A stretch of DNA of 64,000 nucleotides, taken from NCBI GenBank assembly GCA_012295275.1, contig CM022667.1:1798001-1862000 (forward strand), read 5' to 3'. The translations under genes were made by a program, and so were the position numbers. Position 1 is the stretch's first letter, and each line of letters opens with the position of its first letter. This document shows, piece by piece, positions 1 to 11,430 of the stretch. The notes beneath the pieces are model-generated. The model ran no database searches. It was not told where the DNA came from and saw only the letters and a program-made list of their open reading frames with translations. Source of the stretch: Chrysomallon squamiferum (lineage: Eukaryota > Animalia > Mollusca).

Positions 1-245
1 TGTTAATACATACATTTTTTGACTAACCTCTTTTGTTGTTATACTTTATTGTTAAACAAAAAATAAAAAAAAATAAAAATAACAAAATAATAATAATAAT
101 AATAATAAATAGCTAAAAATATTACATAAGCTGGAAGTATGTAAAATATATCTAAACTATTTGTTCATATCAACAAAGGTACTTTTTAACATTTTTTTTT
201 TTTTTCACTAAATTTTAACTAAAGTAGGTTATTTTAATTTCATAC

Positions 246-317
246 CATCCTTTTCTTTTTCCATTCTCATTTTCTTCAGAGCCACTATTTTATTAGTTTT
301 TGTATCTCTGGCCCTGT
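246..317 (-). CDS. CDK10: CDK10 coding exon 3 (72 nt, VALK motif)
   Basis: Acceptor tttaag|AC, donor G|gtatg; encodes (Y)RARDTKTNKIVALKKMRMEKEKD(G). Confidence 0.95.
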
Positions 318-1344
318 CTTAAACAAAAAAACAGAAACTGTGAACAAAAATATTTTTTCTTTCTACAGTAATTTAAATAATAATTGAGTGTTTTGGATAT
401 ATATTTATTGTTAGTGTGGTGGATGAACGTTTTTAGGATCAATACTTATTTGTAAGTAACATTTTGATGCTTTCCAATTTCTGACAATAGAACAAAACTT
501 TTTTTTTTTTTAAATATTGCATATACTTTCCTGTTTATGGGAATGTGCACGTTTGAAAAAAGAAATAAAGAAAAACAATCTTGCTAAATGAGTAATGTGA
601 CTGCAGTGAATTTCATCTCATATAATCACAGCTAAGAAGAAAATTATGTTTCACTTCACAGAAAAAGCAAGCCAAAGATGCAAGCATCTATTTTGAGGTC
701 CAGCCCATAGATTTTCTGTTTTCTGTCTAAATCACTTTAGTTTACTCTTATTTCCAATTTCTCAAAAGGATTTTAGTCATGCTTGTCTGAAATATTAGTT
801 ATTTCATTAATCTGACTGGAGTGTTGATCAGCTTTGGCTAAAACTATCCTATACATATAAAATAAAAACAAACTCACAAACAATGCCGTAAGTTCCTTCT
901 CCAACTCGATTTAACTTCTCAAAATCTATCACAGAACAGCATTTTCCAAGCTGTCATAATAAAAAAAATATCATTAATTAAGTACCCGTGTTGAAATTTT
1001 GTAATAAACTGTTAAGAATTGATTATAAATACTGACAGATGCAGTGCATTAAACTCATGAGAAGCTTGCTTTTTCTATAATCTTTAAATATTTCTACACT
1101 GAAAGTCAATGAAGAAATGTGCTAATGTATTACACTAGTTGCATTTAAAAAGAAATAAAAATGCAATGTCTTGTTAACTAGATGAACTTTGTTAGTTATA
1201 AATCATTGAAATGTATCATTCTTGTCTTTGAATTACCCTTGCTGTTTCTGGCATTTCCATCCATTCTCCTGTGAGTATGGACATGAAACATGGCTTATCC
1301 TGGCTAAGACTTCGACGATATCGGTCAACTCCTTCTGTAGCCAT
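246..1344 (-). CDS. CDK10: Cyclin-dependent kinase 10, partial (5' part only): complement(join(246..317,878..950,1237..1344)); continues beyond the left edge of the window
   Basis: Manual splicing gives MATEGVDRYRRSLSQDKPCFMSILTGEWMEMPETAR|LGKCCSVIDFEKLNRVGEGTYGIVY|RARDTKTNKIVALKKMRMEKEKDG. It contains the kinase Gly-loop (GEGTYG) and VALK lysine, and matches the CDK10-type 'LGxCRSVxEFEKLNRxGEGTYGIVYRARD...VALKKxRMxKEKDG'. All junctions are GT-AG with consistent phases (0,1,1). Confidence 0.93.
878..950 (-). CDS. CDK10: CDK10 coding exon 2 (73 nt, Gly-rich loop)
   Basis: Acceptor tgacag|CTT, donor T|gtgagt; encodes LGKCCSVIDFEKLNRVGEGTYGIV. Confidence 0.95.
1237..1344 (-). CDS. CDK10: CDK10 first coding exon (36 codons)
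   Basis: ATG in aaaATGG context at 1344; open frame to donor AGG|gtaatt; in phase with the next exon. Confidence 0.8.
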
Positions 1345-1442
1345 TTTCAGAGTTTTGCTGTTCTTCAACAATTAGTTTTATTCACTGGTCACTTTTATGT
1401 GGACATGGTGAGGTAATAGGGATTCTTTCTGCTTTTAGTAAC

Positions 1443-2043
1443 CTGCGACATATTAATAAAACTAATTATTAAACTAAATTAGTAATAAGTATTTACTGGT
1501 GATTTTGGAAATGAATCATGCTATAAGGTTATAGAATAACATTGAAATTCAGTAATTGTGAAGAGAATACTGCAACTATTATTATTATAACTATGAATGC
1601 AAATGCAAAATAAATAGCTTTATGCGATTTTTTGACTAATCACGATGGCAACATCTTTTTAAAATCCCGTAAATATTTTGCGTAACTAGTGTCAACATTA
1701 AATAAAATAAACAAAATACATTTGTGATTTAGAAGGTTTGCAAAAATACCGTCTGATGCAGTCTCGTTAAAATAAGCCATATTTGATACCCAAATTTGTG
1801 AAGTCTTCAATTGAAGGAAACATTTAACTGGATGGGAGTAATCATTTATCAATTGTTATTTAATAAACATAGAAACTGATCTATTTAGTTTACTTTATTG
1901 TCATGATCTTTAAAATCCGCAGTACTAAACAACTTATGTTTTAATGCTTGCAACAAGAAGGTATAATCGTTTTCTTGGAAAATTAAAAACAAAGCTCCAA
2001 CTTTTCATCAGGTAAACAGAATTCTCCATCCGCAAAAGTCAAA
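1443..2043. promoter_or_regulatory. Bidirectional promoter region shared by CDK10 and NDUFS3
   Basis: Divergent start codons 700 bp apart (1344 minus, 2044 plus); local CpG enrichment compared with the flanking gene bodies; YY1-type AAAATGGCG overlapping the NDUFS3 ATG (2041-2049). Confidence 0.75.
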
Positions 2044-2101
2044 ATGGCGTCGAGGTTATGTAGAATCCTGAGACCGACCTTTTCTGTATTTCTTAAAAAA
2101 G
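2044..2101 (+). CDS. NDUFS3: NDUFS3 exon 1 (coding part, transit peptide)
   Basis: aaaATGG start; donor AAG|gtaaca; phase 1. Confidence 0.88.
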
Positions 2102-3264
2102 GTAACACAATTTCATATGCAATACTTTTGCTCTTCTTTACTTTTACAGTTTTCTACACTATCGTATATGCATAAATATACATGAAACACATAAAACGTA
2201 TTAATGACCTTTGTTGACCCATGACATGTCTCTTGCAGTCTTCGGTCTTGGCATTGAATTCACAATTGGCTGTGATTGAATTAATCATTATTAATATTAT
2301 GTATTATTACGATTGTATCTGCCATTATGCTTTAATTGTAATAGGTCGATAGGTATTGTTATGCAGCAATATGTGAATTTGATTTTATATTGATATTTGA
2401 AGCTAGACTAGAGTCACAGTTTATAACTGTATATCAAAACTGACGTTTGCCAAAAATGACCAAACATTTTTTTTAACATAATATGTTGGGGCAGCATTAG
2501 AGGACTTATGAAAAGCCCAAAAACAAAAATAAGCACTTCCACATGTAAACAATGAAAATAACAAAATAAATAAATAAACAAAAACAGAAAAAAGAAGTAT
2601 GGAACATTACTAGTGAAAACAACATATGATCCAGCAGTATTTAAATATATAATTTAAAGAAATTTATTTTATATTTTTGGTTTAGCAATTGATGTCTTTT
2701 ATCTTGTTTTAAAACTGTTATGAGCAAGGAAATAGCTATTTGGTAAAGGGTATAAATAATATGTTTATTAAGTTTAACATTAATTCTTTCAGTTTGGCAT
2801 AATAATTATTAATTGAACTATTTTTGTGTTTAATTAGGTCCAGTACAACCTTTGGCAGCCTCTCAGTGTTGCAGATTTCAGTCAACAGATACAACCAAGT
2901 CTACAAGCACTCAGCGTAAGTTTACATAGATACCTAGGTACATAATCTAGACACACACCTACAATTATGACTTGAAAATGTAATAATTTTAGAAACTTAT
3001 AAATGTTTATAGAGATTACGTTTTTAACACCTTTTTGATTTTGGATAAATAGACCATAAGAAAAACATATATTATTTATCTGTATGGTGTGCTTATGTGT
3101 GTGTATATATATATATATTTTTTTATATATATGTACAATTAGGCATAATAAAAGAGCTTCCATATATATATATATAAATATAGATTGTGCATTTTTCAGT
3201 CATAGTATTTTAGCTAATCTGTTATGAGTTGAATGTGTATATATATATGTTTAAATATTTTAAA

Positions 3265-3303
<39 letters not shown>

Positions 3304-5363
3304 TGTTTTTTTTTTTTTTTCAGCTACTGTCCGTAGACAGAATACACTGCTTCGAGAGATCCTGTCAGATTTTGGTACATACGTTGGTGAGTGCATGCCA
3401 AAGTATGTGCAGCGAGTTGACGTAACTAACTGCAATGAGCTCGAGATTCTCATTCACCCAGAGGGAGTGGTGCCTGTGATCACATTTCTGAAGGATCACA
3501 CGAATGCACAGTTCTATTCTCTTGCTGATCTTTGTGGAGTGGATGTTCCATCCAGAACATACCGGTTTGAGGCAGGTGTTTTAAAATAGATGTATTAAAA
3601 TGATTCTGGTTATTTGTAAATGGGTCAGTATTAATTTTCTCTTGGTAACAGTTAGATTTGGTAGAGTTAATTGAATCGTGCTTGTTGTGGCTAGAAGTGG
3701 ATTAAACATTAATGACTGCATGAGGGCCTTCTAGTCTATTTCTCAGTCCATTTGGAGTGTCAGAGGTCATGATATGTTCTTTCCTGTTTGAGATTTTAAT
3801 GCATCTTTGTTACATTTTCTCCTGTTCTTGATTATTGTCATTGGTTGAAAATATCCTTTGCTGTTAATCAAAAAGAATAGCCATTTGTTAAATGTCGATT
3901 TCCTCTCTTCTCTGTAAACCTTAACTGTATTTAGTGTTCAATATTTAATTTTAGCACCCCTAGTAATGACATTATTATATTTTATTTTTAGGTTATTTAT
4001 AGTCTTCTGCCATTGCAGTTTTATTTGACCATGTTTGTAATGATATCATTATATTTTATTTTTAGGTCATTTACAATCTTCTATCCCTGCGATTTAGCTC
4101 AAGGATTCGAGTGAAGACATACACAGATGAACTAACTCCGATAGAGTCTATCTGTTCTATTCACAAAGCAGCAAACTGGTATGAAAGGGAGGTAATAACA
4201 CAAACATGCTAAAACTAAACAGATTTATCTTCCTTGTTAATCCAGTCTGAAGTTCTGAAAATTTAGTTTTTATATTAATTTCTTTTCTTTTCTTTTTTTC
4301 ATTTCAAAATTGCAATAAAATAATGACTTAAATATATTTCATATGAAATTAAATGCTTACATACTACAGATATTTTTATACATGGAGATGATTAATACAG
4401 GGTCAGCCTAAACTCTGTTCCTGATTTCAAACATTTCTTATACAAAAATAATGCTAGATGAAAACATTTTATTTAAAAAAAAAAAATTATCTGAACTTAA
4501 CAAATTTAGGTTATTATTATAATTTATTTTATTATTCATTTTTTTTACACTATTTATGAACTTGCCTGTGTTCTGTTCACCCTGTTTTATAATTGATGTA
4601 CATTAATAAATATATACAGATATAAAAAGATTTCCTTTTAACATCAGTCTAAATTTGTTTTGTAATTGTGTTCTGCACAGGTCTGGGATATGTTTGGTGT
4701 TTTCTTTGCTGGCCATCCTGACTTGAGGAGAATACTGACTGACTATGGATTTGAAGGACATCCTTTTAGAAAAGATTTTCCACTTGTGGGCTACACTGAA
4801 GTGGGTACCAGTTATTTTTTTAATTCCTAGGTGTTTGTGTGTGTAAATAACTGTTTGTTTTCCTGGCTGTAACTAAACGTTATCCTGAAATATTTAAAAA
4901 AAAATGTTTTAGGCATAATTATAAAAAAAAAATGGCAATTTCCCATCTTTTTTTTTTTACTGTTCTAAAAACCACTATTTAAACATGTATTAAGTACTTA
5001 TCACTATTAATTTAAGAAACTAATAATGGAAATACACTTTACATATACAAAGGGGAAGAAAAAGAAGAAGAAAAGAATGGTAGTTGAAAGAGTTTAGTTG
5101 TTTATAATATATCTGATACTGATATTACTATCTTTGAAGTGTTGTATATAATTGCACATAATTGTAGTTTGGATATTTATGGCGAATGAAATTTTTCTCA
5201 GGTGCGTTATGATGACGAAGTGAAGCGATGTGTTATTGAACCTATTGAAATGGCTCAAGAGTTCAGAAAATTTGAATACAGCAGCCCTTGGAATAGTTTT
5301 GAGACCTTCACGAAGGAGAGAGAAAAACAAGATGCTCCCAAGGATAAACCAGAAGAGAAATAA
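2044..5363 (+). CDS. NDUFS3: NADH:ubiquinone oxidoreductase core subunit S3 (30 kDa subunit), complete: join(2044..2101,2838..2915,3324..3571,4066..4191,4681..4800,5202..5363), 263 aa
   Basis: The spliced ORF is 792 nt. It has an Arg-rich, acid-free mitochondrial presequence ([19 protein letters not shown]) and the complex I 30 kDa signatures '[10 protein letters not shown]', '[23 protein letters not shown]', '[53 protein letters not shown]' and '[12 protein letters not shown]...SPW'. Confidence 0.97.
2838..2915 (+). CDS. NDUFS3: NDUFS3 exon 2
   Basis: Acceptor taattag|GT, donor C|gtaagt; 78 nt, phase 1-1; encodes (G)[25 protein letters not shown]. Confidence 0.85.
3324..3571 (+). CDS. NDUFS3: NDUFS3 exon 3
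   Basis: Poly-T then cag acceptor; encodes (P)TVRRQN...[10 protein letters not shown]; ends at a GC donor (GAG|gcaggt). Confidence 0.95.
4066..4191 (+). CDS. NDUFS3: NDUFS3 exon 4
   Basis: ttttag|GTC ... GAG|gtaata; encodes [42 protein letters not shown]. Confidence 0.97.
4681..4800 (+). CDS. NDUFS3: NDUFS3 exon 5
   Basis: gcacag|GTC ... GAA|gtgggt; encodes [40 protein letters not shown]. Confidence 0.97.
5202..5363 (+). CDS. NDUFS3: NDUFS3 exon 6 (last coding exon)
   Basis: ttctcag|GTG; encodes [53 protein letters not shown] then TAA. Confidence 0.96.
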   Translation: MRYDDEVKRCVIEPIEMAQEFRKFEYSSPWNSFETFTKEREKQDAPKDKPEEK

Positions 5364-5727
5364 AATTTAAGAAATCAATGTATACTGTGATGTATCAGTA
5401 TCTGATGTGTACAGATATATCTACATATTGCCTGTACAGTTGATATTTCTATGTATCAGCTGTACAGTTGATATATTTATTATTACAGACAGTGTAGAGT
5501 GTTGATGGTAAAACATCTGGCAAAAGGAATATGTAGACTTTATCATTTGACTTAACTTTCCATCAGGTAACTTTTCTGTGGATAGTAAAATGTGTTGTTT
5601 CTTAAGTAGTTTGTTATGTTTGACTTACATAAACACACACGCATTTTAACATTTTGCATACAAATGTACACACATTCATAACTAACATACATTTGTTTGG
5701 GTGGGTTTGGACACATACATTTTAAAC

Positions 5728-5761
5728 AATAAAGCATTCTCCATGATAAAATTGAAATAAA
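5728..5761 (+). terminator. Candidate NDUFS3 polyadenylation signals
   Basis: AATAAA at 5728-5733 and 5756-5761, followed by GT/T-rich sequence (ggttttaattgtgttttg). Confidence 0.55.
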
Positions 5762-7801
5762 CTGAAGGTTTTAATTGTGTTTTGAAATTTAGTAATATTT
5801 AAGAAATTGTACTCTAAAAAAAGTTTTCAGAAATCTGGCTTTACTTGCTGTGTTTATTTTCAGCTAATAGACAGCCATCATTTTTTGTATTTGTAAATCA
5901 CATGAATGAAAAACTATGAATTAGGTTGTACTATTAAAGTAATAATTATCTTTAAGTGCCAAATTATTTTCTCTTCAGTCTAATTTTTTTAATTTTATAA
6001 ACCTTGCAACTCAAATACTATTAAAACCCTTTCAGTTTGGTTTTGTATGTTCAGTTTCTAACAAATCAGCACTAAATAAAAATTAAAAACTGCAGTTATT
6101 AAAAAAAAAAAAAAATATCAAATGCAGCATTTTTTTATGTTTTATCAAAACAGTATGAAAAGTAGTGAAACAAACTTAATTATAATTTTTGGTTAAAGAA
6201 TTGCCTTTGAGAAATTAAACTTTAAGTCAGAATATTCTTAATGGCGCCAGTTTCTTAAATAAAGTAGACTGAAATATCATTTGAAGTATTGTAAGTAAAT
6301 GTGTATATTTGAATTGAAATGCTAAACAGCAATATTTTCCATTACTCATTTGATCATGGTGGATCTCTGTTAACAAAAACTGCAAAATAAAACAAATGTC
6401 ATTTGATCGATTACAGAGAATTCCGAATACACATAAAATTAATTCATGTTTGCTTTTGATTTGTAATGTCATCGCTATTTATTTATCACATGGAACAGTT
6501 CCCAAAGTACTGATATATATATTTATAAAATGCTTTCACGTTTGTATCAGATTCGTCCTCATAATGTTTTAACAAACAAATTTATAGGATTCAGATAAAA
6601 TAGCTAACAATTTCATAGAGTTCCACAGATTATACTAACAGAGTTCATGATTAGTTGATAATGTATGTGCTAATCATTTCAGTTTTGCCTTGAAAGATCT
6701 GTTTATTCAAGGTAAATATTTGAAGTTGAAAACAATAATGGTGATGTGTAAACTTCTGTTATTTGAAAATTATTGTTGCTGCAAGTGAATCTATATGTTT
6801 AAGACAATTTGATAATTAAAGTGAATATCAATAATAATAAAAAAAATCATATATATACTGAAGTCTGAAACTGTAGATTGGAATAAATGTGCATAATTAT
6901 GTCTGGTAATGCAAAGTTCTAAAAATAAAGAATTATCTATATATATTTTCAAAATGATAAAATAATTGCTAACATCCAGTATAGTACTGAATCAAATTGA
7001 CAGATAATAGATGGACAGTAATACTTTATACCTTTTATCTCAATGTCATTTCATGTACAGAAATGTAATAAATAAATAAATATAAAAATAAAATAAAGTA
7101 AATTTTGGATAATAGGTTGATATAAAATGATACCACAATAAAAACAATTATGCTATCATTTAATTTAACTTGCTATTTACCTGATCGCCATACTTTATTA
7201 TCAGCAAAGATTCAGTGCCATGGATAAAAAAAATTACTTAAATGAATACAAACTTGATGTTAAACACAAAATAACTGTAAAAGTAATGATAAAACTAGTT
7301 ATTTTTAAAATGTTACAGAAAATAATAATAATAATAATAATAATGAGTCAAAGAGAAAAACAGTATTAATTTGTCAACAGCTGAAAGTAGTGTTAAAGTT
7401 GTCATTCCAAGGTCGTTTGACGCCAGATGTCAGTTCACTTATATGCACTAATTTAAACCCAGCATACATTTACTACATCCAAGCAGAATTTACGTTGGGT
7501 AAACTGTAAAATGACATTTTGTCACTTTATTATGACACCTTTTACATAAAGATTTTAAACTAAGAAAGTTGTATAGGCAGATTTGTACATGTATAATAGT
7601 AATACCGTTTATAAAATTTAATTTGTGAGTGTTATTCGAAAAATGAAGTAGCTAATTCTGTTACAGCGTGTTTCTCCTTATTAATTTTAACAATCGCGAA
7701 TCTGTGTTAATCATGATAATGTGCATAGCTAAAAGAAAACTGAAAAGGTTTAATAAAACATTTCTTCTGTTCTTGTTCTACGTTTTAGCAGATCCATGAC
7801 A

Positions 7802-7846
<45 letters not shown>

Positions 7847-8812
7847 CTGTTTTAATGTTTTTATCAAGTCACAACTTTAACACGATGTCTGAAAGTTTGA
7901 TTTAGCATGGTACACTGACCTACTGCGACGCAGACGAAATGATCAGTCTTGTTAAGTCAGCTTATCGTATAATTGGCGCTCTTTTCGTCTGCTTCCTGAA
8001 TATATATCCATTATGATGAACCCCTCTAGAAGCAATTAATCTGAACTGTCAGTAATTAGAGTCCCACTGACCATATTAATGAGACGCTTGTTGGAAGTTT
8101 TGGGCTATTAATTTGACGAAGCAACGTTCGATATGTCTGCCTGTGCGTGGGGACCAGATGTGGAAAATTTCATTAAATGTTTGACTTGTTGGCCTCTTTG
8201 TGACCATAATTTTTCTCATGACACGTTTAGTCGGTGATTATTCATTCATGTGAAGACGGTAATTTTACTGTTTCAGTAGGCTTACTGTAAAATAAAATTC
8301 TGTTAATAGCTACTGCTATAAATGTTATTTATTATTTTTATTTTTTTGTGTGGGGGATGCGAGGTTCACTGTTAAAATTTAGGAATGAAAATATTTAATA
8401 AATAATAAATAAACCAAAGCCGTCAAAATGCAATTTATGGCATCACAATTCCAAATTTAGCACAGATTCTTCTCTTACGTTGATTGGGTATTTGGGGCTT
8501 CCCCCGTCGAATCCTCGATGACGTCACAATTATATGACGTAAATAAAACCCACTTCGCGCAGAGTTAGTTTCGGGACAGCATGTAGAAGGAACGCTGCAT
8601 TTGTTATGCTTATTATTATGAATTAAAACCGCATCCCGTGACTTCCTTCAGTGAAAACGTGGAAGAAGCTAAATGAACTTTTAATTACTAATACAGCTTG
8701 GACCAGCGTTAGAGGAGAATAAACATTTGTGACTTACTTTTGGATTCTAGTCGGAGAAAGGAACGAAACAGGGACTTCCGTAAGTAACATTTATTATTAT
8801 TATTATTATTAC

Positions 8813-8849
<37 letters not shown>

Positions 8850-9085
8850 TATTATTATTATTAAAATCTTAAAACCGATAGCCGACATCAAACCTGTGGC
8901 ACAGAATGGCCGGATTAGTAATACAACAATTAAATATGGGAACCAAGATGTCAGGGTTCCTCCATTTGTTTGTTTATCTGTGTACGTGCGTGCATCTATC
9001 TGTCTGTTAGTATGTGTATGTGTGTGTGTGTATATATATATATTAGTATGGGTATGGGTGTATATATATTGTGTGTGTGTGTATG

Positions 9086-9120
<35 letters not shown>

Positions 9121-11371
9121 GGTATGTGTATAGGTACACACGCATGTATGTGCACATTTAATGCATCTAATTATGAAAGGGTATGTATGTGTGTATGTGT
9201 TGTAGTCATACCAAAATTGAAAGTTACGCCAAATAACGAATCTTGCCCACGCTCAAATGTCGTAGTAAATCTTGAATCAGTCGTTCGGTGAAGAATTATT
9301 TTGACTCCCTTCAATCGTTCAATATATCCCCGGCTCCACTGATATATTTTCTGGATGAGATTCAACGACGGGCAGATGTAATCTAGCCACACATTTTTGC
9401 CCGAGTCATATTCGTGCGGATTAAACTAACCCTCTAAATGGAAGTCTTAGGCTTGGCGTGTCTCTCTCGCAGTATCGGCGGATACGTTTGAGTTTTAACG
9501 GCAGAGAGAAAGAGCGAGAGCGAGGTTGAGCGTCGGATGTGTCGGGAATCGAAGAATTTACATGCCTCGGGGAAACTTTCCCGTTTATTTTCATCCCAAT
9601 TAGTCTACGCGAAAGAGACGGAGAAGAAAATAAACATAATCTTAGACGTCGTAAAAATATTTATCGGTAGAGAGAAAAGCTTACTGAAATATTTTGATGG
9701 TCAGGTTTAATTTTTTTTTTTTTTTTTGTTTTTTTTTGTTCATGGTTTGACGTGGGTTTGTGCGGTGTAAGTGATGAGATGAGGTTTTCATTTCTGCTCC
9801 GCTTCTTTGCTAATATATATACATATATATATATGTTCTTGCGTTGGAACAAAAGTTGCATTTGAGTACGTGATTTCGTTTCTTACGTGACTGAAATATA
9901 CGACATATATACTTGTTCTGAAAGGTGAACAAAATGGCAAATAAAATTTTGTACACATCCATACTGTCACACACACACACACACACTCATGCCTATATTC
10001 CACGTATTACTATCACACATTAACATTATTATATATCCATTATTATTATTACAATTATTATTATTATTATACCAGTGCGCAGCTTTACAAATTTTTCATT
10101 TCCCGTTTAAAATTGTTTAGGTAAAAAAAAATTTTGTTTGTTTCCAATCCTTCCCTGACACGATATTAAAAAAAAAAAAAAAAAAAAAAAAATATTATGG
10201 TTATATTCAGAATCGAGAAAAAACATTTCGCACACACTACGTGTCACTATCCAATAGGTGTTGTCGTTCACGTCGCAACTGGTGCCGTACGGACAGGGAA
10301 GTGTTTCATCTGATAACGTTGCCACAGCTGCTGCACACCGCAGCTGTCAGAACAGGGCGTTGTTGTAGTCGGGGCCAGACTGATGATTTCCGTATAGCGA
10401 AGTTTTTAAGGGAATGGTGAAAAGTTTACTGTTTTCCGGACAGATAATTGCAAACTACACTGCATCTGATAATGACTGTGTGAAGTAACTGATAATGAAA
10501 ATAGAGGGAATTGTGGGATACGTGATTATTAAAACCAGTGTAGAAAACTAGATAGCGGTAGCCGCATTGTCAGTTTTAATATTAAAAGTGTTAGTATTTG
10601 TTAATATAGTAATGATGGTAGAAGTGATAGTAATTCAATAATATTACTATTAGTTGTAGCAGTAGTGACATAAATTATGTCATTTGTTAGTAGTTAAATC
10701 AGTAATAGTATATTATAGTTATTTCAAGCAGAGGTAGTAGTCGTAGGAGGAGTAGTAGCAGTAGTAGGATTGTTGTTAATAATATCTGTAGTAGTAACAA
10801 TAGTATTAGTGACAGTAGCAGTAGAATTAGAAGCATAAATACGACCAGTAGCAATATGGTAATAACAGTAGTAATAGTAGTACAACTACTAACAATAGTA
10901 ACAGTGCATAGGTAATAGTGTTAGCGACTGCTGTAATAGAGGTAGTAATATATAGTAGTAGTAGTAGTAATAGTAGTAATGGTAATAGTAGTAACTATAG
11001 TAATATTAATAGTAGCAGTAGTATTAGTATTAGTATAGGTGGCCTTTGTTTAAAACTGTCATTGTTCCTATGATTAGAAATGTGTATGAAGTAATGAGTA
11101 GGAGCATAACATAAATAATAAATATTTATGAGGTCCCTCCCCATGGTGACACCACTGATTATAATACGAAGGTTACTATAACGGACCCTATGGATTTTCG
11201 ACCGTGAAGTGACATGCATCATTAACTGCCTTTTCTGAACGTCAGCTGTTGCAGTGTTGTTGGCATCGGCCGCGACGACAACAAAGACTGACGATAACTA
11301 TTTATAATATATATATATATTTTTTTTTTTTAATGATTATATATATATATTTTTTTTTATTATATATATAA

Positions 11372-11430
11372 TCGCTGGCAGTTTGGTTAAACTTTTTGTC
11401 TTATGAACGTCAGGTTCCAGGTTCGAATCT
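11372..11430 (+). mobile_element. Degenerate tRNA-derived SINE head or tRNA pseudogene
   Basis: A-box-like TGGCAGTTTGGTT and B-box GGTTCGAATC (11420-11429) at tRNA-like spacing; no intact acceptor stem. Confidence 0.45.

Noticed and set aside
670-839. Inverted 11-mers (agccaaagatg / cagctttggct) in a CDK10 intron, suggesting an intronic snoRNA or MITE
   Set aside because: No properly placed C/D or H/ACA boxes were found, and the match is too short to exclude chance.
1222-1416. Plus-strand 64-aa ORF
   Set aside because: Antisense shadow of the first CDK10 coding exon.
3233-3589. ORF-track 118-aa protein as a complete gene
   Set aside because: Only 3324-3571 is coding (NDUFS3 exon 3); the N-terminus is intronic microsatellite and the final AGVLK is intron read-through.
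5094-5330. Minus-strand 78-aa ORF
   Set aside because: Antisense shadow of NDUFS3 exon 6.
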